In this document: in pieces, positions 29,189 through 40,293 of the stretch
How the letters are laid out: the number at the start of each line of letters is the position of its first letter
Position numbering within the stretch: the first letter of the stretch is position 1
Assembly: GCA_963751275.1 (NCBI GenBank)
Contig: CAVVTZ010000012.1
Location: 64,831-128,830 of the forward strand
Direction of reading: 5' to 3'
Length of the DNA stretch: 64,000 bases
DNA from: an uncultured Gemmatimonadaceae bacterium
GTDB lineage: Bacteria; Gemmatimonadota; Gemmatimonadetes; Gemmatimonadales; Gemmatimonadaceae
Notes under the pieces: model-generated
The model's database searches: none
What the model was told of the DNA's origin: nothing
Seen by the model: the letters and a program-made list of their open reading frames with translations, nothing else
Translations under genes and position numbers: made by a program

Positions 29189-31546
29189 ATGAGCGTCGCC
29201 GAGATCTTCGAGACAATGACGTATGGCCCCGCGCCGGAGAGCGCGAAGCCGGCACTCGACTGGATCGCGGAGCACGGCGGCACTTTCGGGCATTTCATCG
29301 GCGGCAAGTTCGTGAAGGGAAAGACGCTCTTCGAGACAATGAACCCCGCCACCGGCAAATCGCTCGCGCGCGTGTCGCAGGGCTCCAAGAACGACGTGAA
29401 TGCCGCGGTGAAGGCGGCGCGCGCGGCGCAGCCGGCGTGGGCCAAGCTGCCCGGGCACGAGCGCGCGCGGCACCTGTACGCGCTCGCGCGCGCGGTGCAG
29501 AAGAATGCCAGGCTGCTCGCGGTGCTCGAGAGCCTCGACAATGGCAAGCCGATCCGCGAGACGCGCGATCTCGATATCCCGCTCGTCGCGCGCCATTTCT
29601 ATCATCACGCCGGCTGGGCGCAGCTGATGGAGACCGAGTTCGCGGGCTACGGCGCGATCGGGGTGGTGGGGCAGATCATCCCGTGGAACTTCCCGCTGCT
29701 CATGCTGGCGTGGAAGGTCGCGCCGGCGCTCGCGGCGGGGAACACATCGGTGCTCAAGCCCGCGGAGTTCACGCCGCTCAGCGCGCTCTGCTTCGCCGAG
29801 CTGGCCGCGCGCGCGGGATTGCCGCCGGGCGTCTTGAATATCGTGACGGGCGACGGCGAGACCGGCGCCGCTCTCGTCGATCATGCGGACGTGGACAAGA
29901 TCGCCTTCACCGGATCCACTGATGTGGGCCGCGTGATCCGCCGCGCGACGGCGGGCTCGGGCAAGAAGCTCTCGCTCGAGCTCGGCGGGAAGAGCCCCTT
30001 CATCGTGTTCGAGGACGCCGATCTCGACAGCGTCGTCGAAGGCGTCGTGGACGCGATCTGGTTCAACCAGGGGCAGGTCTGCTGCGCCGGCTCGCGGCTG
30101 CTGGTGCAGGAGGGGATCGCCGAGCGCCTCACCGACAAGCTGCGCGCGCGCATGGAGAAGCTGCGCGTCGGCTCGCCGCTGGACAAAGCCGTGGACATGG
30201 GCGCGATCGTCGCGCCGGTGCAGCTCGAGCGGATCCGCACGCTGGTGGCGAAGGGAGTCGAGGAAGGCGCCGAGATGTGGCAGCCGAGCTGGGCCGTGCC
30301 CAAGGAGGGCTGCTTCTACCCGCCGACCTTGTTCACCGAGGTGGCGCCGAGCAGCACGATCGCGCAGGTGGAGATCTTCGGCCCCGTGCTCGTGAGCATG
30401 ACCTTCCGCACGCCGGAAGAGGCCGTGGCCCTCGCGAACAACACGCCCTTCGGCCTCGCGTCGAGCGTGTGGACGGAGAACATCAATCTCGCGCTCGACA
30501 TCGCGCCGAAGATCAAGGCGGGGGTGGTGTGGGTCAACTGCACGAATCTGTTCGATGCTTCTGCCGGCTTTGGCGGGTATCGCGAATCCGGTTTTGGCCG
30601 GGAGGGCGGGCGCGAGGGGATGTGGGAATACGTAAAGGCACAACGGCAGGATGTCGGCCGTCGGCTGTCGCCTGCGAAACGCACGGTGCCGGCAGCCGAC
30701 AGCCGACAGCCCGCTGTGGACCGCACTCCCAAGTTGTACATCGGCGGGAAACAGGCGCGCCCGGACTCCGGATACTCCCGGCCCGTGAAGGGCGCGGGCG
30801 GTCGCGTGATCGGCGAAGTGGGCGAGGGAAACAGAAAGGACATCCGCAACGCCGTCGAAGCGGCGCACGCGGCGGGTGGCGCATGGGCCCGGAGCACCGG
30901 GCATGCGCGCGCGCAGATCCTGTACTACATCGCGGAGAATCTGTCGGCGCGCAGTGCCGAGTTCGCGGCGCGGATCGAGTCGATGACGGGGAAGGGCGGG
31001 GGCAGCGCCGAGGTGGAGGCGAGCATCTCGCGGCTGTTCACCTACGCAGCGTGGGCGGACAAGTGGGATGGCGCCGTGCACTCCGTGCCGATCCGTGGCG
31101 TGGCGATGGCGATGAACGAGCCGATCGGCGTGATCGGCGTCGCGGCGCCGGAGCTTCACCCACTCCTGGGTTTCGTGTCACTCGTGGCGCCGCTCGTGGC
31201 GACGGGCAATACCGTGGTCGCATTGCCGAGCGAGGCGCACCCCTTGGCCGCGACGGATTTCTACTCCGTGCTCGAGACGAGCGACGTGCCGGCCGGCGTG
31301 ATCAACATCGTGACGGGCGGCAAGGACGCGCTGAGTCTCGTGCTGGCCGAGCACGACGACGTGGACGGCGTGTGGTACCAGGGGACGCACGAGGGCGCCG
31401 CGGCCATCGAGAAGGCGAGCGCGTCGAACATGAAGCGCACGTGGTGCGAGTGGCGCGCGCGCGACTGGACGAACGACGGAGAAGGGCGGGGGTTCCTGCG
31501 CGCGGCGACGCAGGTGAAGAACATCTGGATACCTTACGGCGAGTAA
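29189..31546 (+). CDS. Two-domain aldehyde dehydrogenase (ALDH16-type architecture)
   Basis: IIPWNFP, KPAE, FTGST, LELGGKSP, GQVCCAG, EIFGPV; second degenerate ALDH domain ending KNIWIPYGE. Confidence 0.92.
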   Translation: MSVAEIFETMTYGPAPESAKPALDWIAEHGGTFGHFIGGKFVKGKTLFETMNPATGKSLARVSQGSKNDVNAAVKAARAAQPAWAKLPGHERARHLYALARAVQKNARLLAVLESLDNGKPIRETRDLDIPLVARHFYHHAGWAQLMETEFAGYGAIGVVGQIIPWNFPLLMLAWKVAPALAAGNTSVLKPAEFTPLSALCFAELAARAGLPPGVLNIVTGDGETGAALVDHADVDKIAFTGSTDVGRVIRRATAGSGKKLSLELGGKSPFIVFEDADLDSVVEGVVDAIWFNQGQVCCAGSRLLVQEGIAERLTDKLRARMEKLRVGSPLDKAVDMGAIVAPVQLERIRTLVAKGVEEGAEMWQPSWAVPKEGCFYPPTLFTEVAPSSTIAQVEIFGPVLVSMTFRTPEEAVALANNTPFGLASSVWTENINLALDIAPKIKAGVVWVNCTNLFDASAGFGGYRESGFGREGGREGMWEYVKAQRQDVGRRLSPAKRTVPAADSRQPAVDRTPKLYIGGKQARPDSGYSRPVKGAGGRVIGEVGEGNRKDIRNAVEAAHAAGGAWARSTGHARAQILYYIAENLSARSAEFAARIESMTGKGGGSAEVEASISRLFTYAAWADKWDGAVHSVPIRGVAMAMNEPIGVIGVAAPELHPLLGFVSLVAPLVATGNTVVALPSEAHPLAATDFYSVLETSDVPAGVINIVTGGKDALSLVLAEHDDVDGVWYQGTHEGAAAIEKASASNMKRTWCEWRARDWTNDGEGRGFLRAATQVKNIWIPYGE
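30656..30711. repeat. CCGACAG-heptamer hairpin in the ALDH inter-domain linker
   Basis: GGCCGTCGGCTGTCGCCTGC / GCAGCCGACAGCCGACAGCC, 20-nt arms, 2 mismatches. Confidence 0.75.
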
Positions 31547-31557
31547 TTCACTGCAAC

Positions 31558-31639
31558 AAGGGAGACGGGAAACGGGAAACGGGAGCGAGTAGTTTCTAGC
31601 GACTACTCCCTCCCGTTTCCCCGTTTCCCGTTTCCCCTT
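31558..31639. repeat. GGGAAAC-heptamer hairpin between convergent genes (possible bidirectional terminator)
   Basis: GGGAGACGGGAAACGGGAAACGGGAG ... CTCCCGTTTCCCCGTTTCCCGTTTCCCC. Confidence 0.85.
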
Positions 31640-31658
31640 CAGCAGTTTGCAGTTCGTT

Positions 31659-32954
31659 CTAGCGCACTTCCAGCACCATGACCAGCGGCTTATACAGCGT
31701 GGCACCGGCGGTGATCGTCCCGTCGGGCGCGAACCGATCCCACCCGGACGTCGCGATGAAGTAGAACTTGTCGCCCACCATCACGCCGTGGTTCGGCTCG
31801 CGCAATGACGGCAGGTTGGCGGCGAGCGTGGACCAGCGCTCGATCTTGGTCATGCCACGATCCAGATCCAGCCGGATGACACGGTCGATGCTGAGTCCGT
31901 TCTGCACCGCGACCAGCGTGTGCCCCGTCAGCGCCATGCCGTCGATGCCGCTGATCGCGGCGTGCGCGTCGTTCGCGAGCCAGCTCACCTTCCCGCTCAC
32001 GCGATCCACGATCGCGATGCCGCGAATATAGTCCGCGACGAAGATCCGCTTCCCGTCAGGCGCGGCCACCGGTTGCTGTGGGTTCGGGAAGATCCCGGGC
32101 GGCACGAGCATCTCGAGTGTGTCCCGCGCCGCGCGGATCACGTACACGCCGCCGCCGATCGCATCGGACACGAACACATCGCCGTTGCTCGCGACGGTCA
32201 GGTCGCCCAGCACATGATCGGTGCTGTCGTCCGGCAGATCGTAGCGGTCGAGCAATGCGCCCGTGGCCAGATCGTAGCGCAGCACGGCGCTCTCGCCGGA
32301 ATCGCCGGGCGCGAGCGCGAACGCCTCGGGCATCCCCGCGGTGCTCGCCCAGAGCGCCTTCTGCTTCTCCGACACATCCAGCCCCATCATGGACAGCACG
32401 CTGTCGCGCGCGGCCGGCACGAAATCCGAGAACATCCCGCCCTGCCGCACGATGATCTTCCGCTCGCGGATGCTGCTCAGGAAGAATCGCCTGGTCGCCG
32501 GGTCGTACGCGATGTCCTCGGCGACGAACTCGCTGTCCGGCACGGTGAACGCGACCGCCGGATGCCCCACCGCTTCGCGATTCTTCGCGAGGCGCGCGAG
32601 CACCTCCTTCCACCCCGGCGCGCCGCGCACCGGTGCGAGGAGCGAGTCCGCATCGAGGTCCTTCGTGAGCCCGGTCGCGGCGTACTGCTTCAGCCACTTC
32701 ATCGCGCCCGCCGTGTCGTGCATCTGCGCGTCCGCGCGCGCCATCGCGATGATCGTGCTGGGATAACCGTTCAGCTCGCGATACAGGATCTCCGCATAGT
32801 GCTTGTACCCTTTCCAGTCCCCGCGCAGCCGCGCCGCGTCCCCCGCCGCGCTCCGATCGCGCCAAGTGGAATCGCTTTGGGTGCTCGCCGATAGAGTCAC
32901 GAGCGCAACCCCGAGGGCGACAGCCGAGAGCCGACAGCCGACAACCGAGTTCAT
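31659..32954 (-). CDS. Exported beta-propeller protein (SMP-30/gluconolactonase-like)
   Basis: EDIAYD....FFLSS, DLTV..NGDVFVSD, GIDGM, VAVQNG. Confidence 0.75.
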   Translation of the reverse strand: MNSVVGCRLSAVALGVALVTLSASTQSDSTWRDRSAAGDAARLRGDWKGYKHYAEILYRELNGYPSTIIAMARADAQMHDTAGAMKWLKQYAATGLTKDLDADSLLAPVRGAPGWKEVLARLAKNREAVGHPAVAFTVPDSEFVAEDIAYDPATRRFFLSSIRERKIIVRQGGMFSDFVPAARDSVLSMMGLDVSEKQKALWASTAGMPEAFALAPGDSGESAVLRYDLATGALLDRYDLPDDSTDHVLGDLTVASNGDVFVSDAIGGGVYVIRAARDTLEMLVPPGIFPNPQQPVAAPDGKRIFVADYIRGIAIVDRVSGKVSWLANDAHAAISGIDGMALTGHTLVAVQNGLSIDRVIRLDLDRGMTKIERWSTLAANLPSLREPNHGVMVGDKFYFIATSGWDRFAPDGTITAGATLYKPLVMVLEVR

Positions 32955-34830
32955 TCTTCCCTCCCCGCCAACCGGTCCAGATCATCCGCCGCATTCTGTG
33001 CGCGGTCGAGCAGCTGCGAGATCGTGTCCAAGACGTTGCCACCGCCGTGCAGCCGCAGCAAGCCGAGCCGGATCGTCTCGAGCGCGGCGACGGTGGTGCC
33101 GAGCTCGCGCTTCGCGTCATCGCGGCGCTCGGAGAGGCGCGCGTATTCGAGCTCGTCGCCGTTCTTCCTGCCGCCGCGCTCGAGGAGGGATGAGAGATTG
33201 TCACTGTCGAGGCGCATGCTGGCGGCGCGCGCCTCGAGACGCTTCACGACGTCGGGGATGTCACCGAGCTGCTTGCGCTGGTCCTTGGGGAGCGTCTCGT
33301 ACAACTCGAGCGCCGCGAGCCCGAGCGCCGCCTCGGTGGGACGGTTGAGGAGCTGCATCGGGCCTTTCCGCCCGCGCGCGAGGTGGCGCGCGACCCACGC
33401 GCCCAACGCTGGATCCCCAGAACCATTTGCGCAGTGAGCCGTCGAGCATGACGCCGGCGCGGCGGCCGAGCATTGGGATGCCGAGCGCGTTGCAGAGGAG
33501 GAAGCAGCTGCCAGTGGCTATTACCAGGTACTGCAGGAGATTCCGCTAAGATCTGAGTCCGGGCCCAGTTTGTAGACGGTGACGGCGATGATCGCGCGGC
33601 CGCGCGCCGGCGATGCAGCAGCCCGAGTGACGCTCCAGGTGACCGCGCGCATGATCTGCATCCACTTGGGGATCTCCGAGGCCGTGAAGCGCAGTTCTTC
33701 GCGGCGCGCATCGCGCCAGCGATCGAGCGCCAAGCGCAGATCCGCCAGCGAGTAGCCCGCCGACGAGCGTCCGCCGCGTGAGGCTCAGGTGGAAGCCGAG
33801 CTGAGCCAGTGCGGGAAGCAGGTGATCGCCGCAGTGTAGGCGGCGCTCGACCATTGCTTCTTGAAGAGGTCGCCGATCACCGACGAGCGTGCCGAACAGG
33901 ATCCACAGGTTGAGGAGCGCGCGCGCCGGGTTCAGCGACTCCGAGCCAGACTCTGATGGGCGCGGGCACATCCAGCCGCTGCATCGCGTCGGTCTCGAGC
34001 GCGTCGGCGAGATCCTTGGCCGTGTTGTACCGCGCCGCCGGGTCCTTCCGCAGACACCGGTCCACCGCCTGCGCGAGCAGCCTCGGCACCGCGGGCACGT
34101 CGGCCAGCTGCGGCGGCGGCTCATCGATGTGCTTCGCGATGATCGCGCTCGCGTTCGGGCCGTCGAAGGGCACGCGCGCCGTGAGTGCGTAGTGGCCCAC
34201 CACGCCCAGCGAGTACAGGTCGCTCCGCGAATCCACCGTGGCGCCCGATCCCTGCTCGGGACTCATGAAATGCGCGGTGCCCATGATCTTCGCGCCGTCC
34301 TCGCCCGTGTCGTGCGTGCCCACGCGCGCGATGCCGAAGTCGGTCACGAGCGCGCGCCCGGTCTCCCGGTCGATCAGGATGTTGTCGGGCTTCACGTCGC
34401 GGTGGATCACGGCGTGATCGTGCGCGTGACCCAGCGCCCAGGCCACCTCGCGCAGCAGCCGCGCCGCCGGCGCCGGCGTGAGCGGCCCGTGCTCGCGGAT
34501 GCGCGCGCCGAGCGTCTCGCCGTCGATGTACGTCATGACGAAGAAGACGTAGCCGCCCGCTTCGCCCACGCGGTGGATGGGCACGATGTTCGGATGCGCC
34601 AGATTCGCCGACGTGCGCGCCTCGCGCAGGAACCGCGCCCGCGAATCGGGCTTGGCCGCGAGGAAGGGACTCAGCACCTTGATCGCGACGAACCGCTCTA
34701 GCTGCACCTCGCGCGCGAGATACACGACGCCCATCCCGCCGCGCCCCAACTCGCGCTCGAGCGAATACTCCCCCGCGAGCGCCTGCTGCAGCGCGACAAA
34801 GTCGCCGTCCAGCGCGTATGGGTTGTTCAC
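32951..34830 (-). CDS. Hanks-type Ser/Thr kinase with membrane C-terminus (multiple frameshifts 33400-33950)
   Basis: LGRGGMGVVY, VAIK, HPNIV, HRDVKPDN, DFG, GTAHFMSPEQ, DLYSLG; C-terminal piece is ORF 32951..33406. Confidence 0.85.
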
Positions 34831-34890
34831 GTAGTTGTCTTTGGGTTTACGACAGCCGCCAGCCGACAGCCCGCTGTTAGCTCTTCGCCC

Positions 34891-35995
34891 TTATGCCGCC
34901 AGTACGGGCAATCCCTTCCGCGAGTTCCGTCCCGCCTCGATGATCCCGCCGCCCAAGACCCGCTCGCCGTCGTAGATCACGATCGACTGTCCGGGGCTGA
35001 TCGCGCTCACCGGTTCATCCAGCGCGAGCTCGATCTCGCCGCCCTCGGAGCGCACCAGTTCGGCGTCCGCCGCGTGCCGCGTGGTGCCGGATCTGCACCT
35101 GCACGCGCGCGCCGACGTCCGGCGCATCCACCAGCCAATTCACCTCGCGCGCGATCACGCCGTGGCCGAGCAGTTCCTCGCGTGGGCCGATCACGACGGC
35201 GCGGTCGGCCGGCCGGATCGCGACCACGAACATCGGTTCCCCATAGCCGCCCGGCACGCCCTTCCGCTGGCCGATCGTGAAGCGCGCGTAGCCATGGTGC
35301 TCGCCGATCACGCGGCCGTCGCTCGTCATGAACGGGCCCGGCCGCAGCGACGGCGTGTCCGCGCCCAGTTCGCGCGCGATCACCTTCGCGTGATCGCCGT
35401 CCGGCACGAAGCAGATGTCCTGGCTCTCCGGCTTCTCGGCCACCACCGCGAGGCCGAGCAGGCGCGCGCGTTCGCGCGTCTCGTCCTTGGAGAGGCCGCC
35501 CACCGGCAGCAGCATGCGCGAGACCACCGCGCGGTCGATCCCCCAGAGGAAATAGCTCTGGTCCTTCCGGTGATCGCGGCCGCGGAGCAGCTCGCCGTTC
35601 ACGGCACGGGCGTAGTGGCCGGTGGCGATCCAGCGGGCGTCGAGCGCGTCGGCCTTGTGCACGAGATCGCGGAACTTCGTGAACGTGTTGCAGCGCACGC
35701 AGGGGATGGGCGTGCGCCCCGCGTCGTACTCATGCACGAAGTCGCGCACCACGTCGCGGCTGAACGCGGTCTCCAGGTTCAGCACGTAATGCGGGACGCC
35801 CACGCGCTCGCACACGCGGCGCGCATCGTCGATCGAATCGAGGGAGCAGCACGGGCGGTCGGGGACGTCGTCGCCGTAACAGAAGAGCTTCATCGTCACG
35901 CCGATCACGTCATAGCCCTGCTCGGCGAGCACGGCGGCGGCCACCGAACTGTCGACGCCGCCGCTCATCGCCACCAGCACCTTCTCGCGCGGCAC
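34891..35995 (-). CDS. mnmA: tRNA 2-thiouridylase (frameshift near 35080)
   Basis: [54 protein letters not shown]. Confidence 0.95.
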
Positions 35996-35997
35996 GG

Positions 35998-37161
35998 TCA
36001 GCTCGCGGCGCCCGCGAGGCGGCGGGCCTTGGCGACGAGCTTCGGGAAGATCTGCGCGACGCGGTCGATCTGCTCGGGCGTCGTGAGCGAGCCGAGACTC
36101 ATGCGGATCGCGGCGACCGCCACATCGCGCGGCGCGCCGATCGCGCACAGCACGTGCGACGGATCGACGTTCCCGCTCTGGCACGCGGAACCCGAGGAGC
36201 AGGCGACGCCGGAGAGATCGATTGCCATGAGCAGTGATTCGCTGTCGGTGCCCGGCACCGAGATGCTGAGGATGTGCGCGGCGCGCGGTGCGTGCTGCGC
36301 GTGCACCACGGCATCTGGAATGTTCGCGAGGAGCGCCGCCTGCAGCTTGTCGCGCAGGCTGCTCAACCGCGCGAGCTCCTCGTCCATCTCCGCGAGCGTG
36401 AGCTCCGCCGCGCGCGCGAGGCCCACGGCCGCGGCGACGTTCTCCGTGCCCGGCCGCTGGCCGCGATTCTGCTGGCCGCCGTGCTGCAGCGGCTCCAGCG
36501 GCGAGCCGCGGCGAATGTAGAGCGCGCCGATGCCCTTGGGCGCGCCGATCTTGTGGCCGGAGAACGCGAGGTAGTCGAAGGGCTGGCTCTTCGCGTCGAT
36601 CTTCACCTTGCCGAACGCCTGCACGCCGTCGGTATGGAAGAGCACGCCGCGCGACTTGGCCGCGGCCGCGAGCTCGGGGATCGCCTGGATCGTTCCGATC
36701 TCGTTGTTCACCCACATGACCGAGACGATCGCGACGTCATCGCGCAGCGCGGCGTCGTAGGACGCGCGATCGACCACGCCATCCGAGTTGACGGTGAGGA
36801 AGCGCTCTTCGCCTCCTTCGGCCGCGATGTGATGGACGGCCGCGAGCACCGCCTTGTGCTCGATGGGCGTAGTGACCGCGACGCGCTTGCCCTTGCCCTT
36901 CAGCGCGCGGAAGGCGCCGAGGATCGCGAGGTTGTCGCCCTCGGTGCCGCCCGACGTGAAGGCGATCTCATCGGACGTGGCGCCGAGGCACTTCGCGACG
37001 CGGTCACGCGCTTCATCGAGCGCGGCGCGCGCTTCGCGGCCCCACCGGTGGGTACTGCTCGGGTTCCCGAAGCGGGGGCCGTAGAACGGCTCCATGGCCT
37101 CGCGGACCTCGGGGCGGACCGGGGTGGTGGCGGCGTGATCGAGATAGATCGGATCTGGCAT
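35998..37161 (-). CDS. iscS: Cysteine desulfurase (IscS/NifS type)
   Basis: IYLDHAATTP, GNPSS, FTSGGTE, HTDGVQ, SGHKIG.PKG, SSGSAC. Confidence 0.93.
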   Translation of the reverse strand: MPDPIYLDHAATTPVRPEVREAMEPFYGPRFGNPSSTHRWGREARAALDEARDRVAKCLGATSDEIAFTSGGTEGDNLAILGAFRALKGKGKRVAVTTPIEHKAVLAAVHHIAAEGGEERFLTVNSDGVVDRASYDAALRDDVAIVSVMWVNNEIGTIQAIPELAAAAKSRGVLFHTDGVQAFGKVKIDAKSQPFDYLAFSGHKIGAPKGIGALYIRRGSPLEPLQHGGQQNRGQRPGTENVAAAVGLARAAELTLAEMDEELARLSSLRDKLQAALLANIPDAVVHAQHAPRAAHILSISVPGTDSESLLMAIDLSGVACSSGSACQSGNVDPSHVLCAIGAPRDVAVAAIRMSLGSLTTPEQIDRVAQIFPKLVAKARRLAGAAS

Positions 37162-37200
37162 GGGAATAAAGATAGCGGGAATTCGCTGGGCGTGTGTAGA

Positions 37201-37356
37201 ACCCCGAACCCCGTACTTGGTCCCCCGAACTCCGTTGCTGGCAGCTAAGGGGTGGTCACTTCTCAAGCGGACATGGGGTCCCAAGTACGCCGGAGCAGTG
37301 ACCAAACCTCAATTGCCAGCAACGGAGTTCGGGGGACCAAGAACGGAGTTCGGGGT
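37201..37356. repeat. Palindromic element, CCCGAAC family, copy D
   Basis: Same outer arms as B and C; inner arm TTGCTGGCA/TGCCAGCAA. Confidence 0.9.
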
Positions 37357-37359
37357 GCG

Positions 37360-38633
37360 TTACTGCTTGTAGATGACTCCCTCCTTCATGACGAACTGCA
37401 CGTGTTCCATGATCGTGATATCCGCGAGCGGATCCCCTTTGACCGCGATGATATCGGCGTACTTCCCGGCCTTGATCGACCCGATGAGCTTCGACTGTCC
37501 GAGCAGATCCGCGGCGCCGACCGTGGCCGCCTGCAGCGATGCCACGGGCGTCATTCCGTATTTCACCATGTAGGAGAACTCTTTCGCGTTCGTGCCGAAG
37601 GGGCACACGGAGATGTCCGTGCCGAAGGCGATCTTCACGCCTTCCTTCACCGCGCGCTTGAAGTTCGCGATCGAGATGTCGTTGAGCCGGTTGGAATGCT
37701 CGAGGAAATCGGCGGGGTAGTGCGCCGCGGAGTCGATGCACCCGACGGTCTCCAGCGTGGGCACGAGGTAGGTGCCGTGCTGCTTCATGAGCTGGATCCC
37801 TTCCTCGTCGAGATAACTGCCGTGCTCGATCGAATTGACGCCGGCGCGCACGGCCGCCTTGATACCCGCGGCATTGTGCGCGTGCGCGGCGACGCGGAGG
37901 CCGAAGTTGTGCGCTTCGTCCACGGCGGCGACGAGCTCCTCATCGGTGAATTCGCGCGCGTTGGCGTTGCTGTTGTGCGTGAGCACGGCGCCGGTGGAGA
38001 GCACCTTGATGAGGTCCACGCCCTGGCCGGCGAGCATGCGCACGCGCTGGCGCACCTCCCACGGGCTGTTCGCCTCGCCATAGTGAAGGTCCCACGGGAG
38101 CCCGATATCCGGCGCCATCCCGGTGACCGCGCCCGCGCCGCCGGTGATGGTGATGTACGCGCCGGCCACGAACATGCGCGGACCCGGGATGTCGCCGCGC
38201 GCAATGGCGTCGCGCATCGCGACGTCCACCAGCGCGCGGTAGGTGCCCACATCGCGCACCGTGGTGAAGCCCGCCATGAGCACGATCCGCGGATTCGGGA
38301 TCGAGCGGAACGCCTCCTCGGCGGCGGTGCGACGCAATTCGTTGAGCGGCTCCGGATCGTTCGCGGGGCCCACGAGATGCGTGTGCATGTCGAGCAGGCC
38401 GGGGAGGACGGTCATCGCGGAGAGATCGATGACCTTCGCGTCCTTGGGGATCGCGACGGACGGGCCGACGGCGGTGATCATGCCGTCCTTCACGATGATC
38501 ACCTGGTTGGTGAGCATCGTGCCGGCGTCGGCGTCGAAGAACTTGCCGGCTTTGATGGCGGTGGTCTGGGCTCCGAACTACCGCAGCTGCGAGGAACGAT
38601 GACGATCGCTGCGAGGCGAATGGATCGATGCAT
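37360..38633 (-). CDS. Exported amidohydrolase, Xaa-Pro dipeptidase-like, paralog 1 (frameshift near 38575)
   Basis: PGLLDMHTH, GFTTVRDVG, IKV, AAHAH, SIEHG, FGTD, GKYADIIAV. Confidence 0.9.
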
Positions 38634-38666
38634 GCGTGGCTCCGAGAAGGCTATGAAAGTGGGGAA

Positions 38667-38815
38667 TTCCTGCTGGACCAACGAACGGCGACGTTGGACG
38701 TTAGCCCGCGTGTTGCGTGGTGGCTGGCCATTGGGAACAGCGCAGTACCCACTCTCATTCCCTTCGCAACACGCGGCCCAACGTCCAACGTCGCCCTCCG
38801 TTGGTCCAGCAGGAA
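38667..38815. repeat. GACGTTG-heptamer long hairpin between the amidohydrolase paralogs
   Basis: TTCCTGCTGGACCAACG..GACGTTGGACGTT ... AACGTCCAACGTC..CGTTGGTCCAGCAGGAA. Confidence 0.85.
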
Positions 38816-38819
38816 CTGG

Positions 38820-40092
38820 CTACTCCGACTTGTAAATGACGCCGTTCTTCATCACGAAATTGACATGCGCCATGATGGCAATGTCCTTGATCGGATCGCC
38901 CTTCACCGCGACGATGTCCGCGTATTTCCCGGCTTTGATCGAGCCGAGCATCTTGGATTGCCCCATGAGATCCGCCGCCGACACCGTGGCGGCCTGCAGC
39001 GCCTGCATGGGCGTCATGCCGTACTTCACCATCAGCTCGAACTCGCGCCCGGGGTAGCGGAACCCGCATACCGCGTTGTCCGTGCCATAGGCGATCTTCA
39101 CGCCGGCCTTCACGGCCTTCGCGAAGCTCGCCATGTGGATCGACGCCACGCTGTCGTGCATCAGGAAGTCCTTGGGGAGGTTCGGGTTCACCTGGATGCA
39201 GCTGTGCACCTCGAGGGTGGGCACGAGATAGGTGCCCTTCTCCTTCATCATCGCGATGACCTCATCGTCCAGGAAGCTGCCGTGCTCGATCGAACTCACG
39301 CCCGCCCGCACGGCGTTCTTGATGCCGTTCACGTTGTGGCCGTGCGCGGCGACCTTGAGGCCGAAGTTGTTCGCTTCGTCCACGATCGCGGCGAGTTCCT
39401 CATAGGTGAATTCGCGCGCGAGATGGTTGCTGTTGTGCGTGAGGATCGCGCCGGTGACGAGCACCTTGATGACGTTCACATTCTGCCCCGCGAGCAGGCG
39501 CACCTTCTGCCGTCCCTCCCACGGGCTGTTCGCCTCGCCGAACTTGAGGTCCCAGGGCAGGGTGATGTCCGGCGCCATACCGGTCATGGCGCCGGCGCCG
39601 CCGGTGATGGTGATGTACGCGCCCGCGACGAACATCCTCGGGCCGGGGAATATCCCCGCCGCGATCGCATCACGCATGGCGACGTCCACGAGCGCCCGGT
39701 AGGTGCCCACATCGCGCACGGTGGTGAAGCCCTCCATGAGCACGGTCTTCGCGTTCGGGATGGAGACGTACGCTTCCTGCGCGGCGGTGCGTTCCAGCTC
39801 ATGCAGCGGCTCTGGATCGGTGGTCCACGGCGCAATGGAGATGGCTGTGCATGTCGAAGAGCCCGGGCATCACGGTCATGCCGGAGAGATCCACGACGGT
39901 CGCATCCTTCGGGATCGCGACGGAGGGGCCGACGGCGGTGATCACGCCGTCCTTCACGAGGATGATCTGATTCGACAGAACGGTGCCGGCGTCGGCATCG
40001 ATGAACCTGCCGGCTTTGATGGCCGTTACTTGAGAGCTCAACGGCGCGGCGAGGATCACCGTGAGCAGGGCAAGACGGAATACGAGCTTCAT
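38820..40092 (-). CDS. Exported amidohydrolase, paralog 2 (frameshift near 39830)
   Basis: Signal peptide, DMHSH, GFTTVRDVG, AAHGH, SIEHG, YGTD; long identical blocks shared with paralog 1. Confidence 0.9.
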
Positions 40093-40123
40093 CGCGGGGC
40101 GCTCCGGATTGGGACGAGAGTGG

Positions 40124-40286
40124 AAACCCGAACTCCGTACTTGGTCCCCCGAACTCCGTTGCTGGCGTTTGACTTGTGGTCACTGCTCCGGCGTACTTGG
40201 GATTCCATGTCCGCTTGAGCGGTGACCACACCTCAATTGCCAGCAACGGAGTTCGGGTGACCAATGACGCGGTTCGAGGTTCGAAT
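40124..40286. repeat. Palindromic element, CCCGAAC family, copy E
   Basis: Loop is the near reverse complement of the copy D loop; tail TTCGAGGTTCGAAT shared with copy A. Confidence 0.9.
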
Positions 40287-40293
40287 TGCGTCG

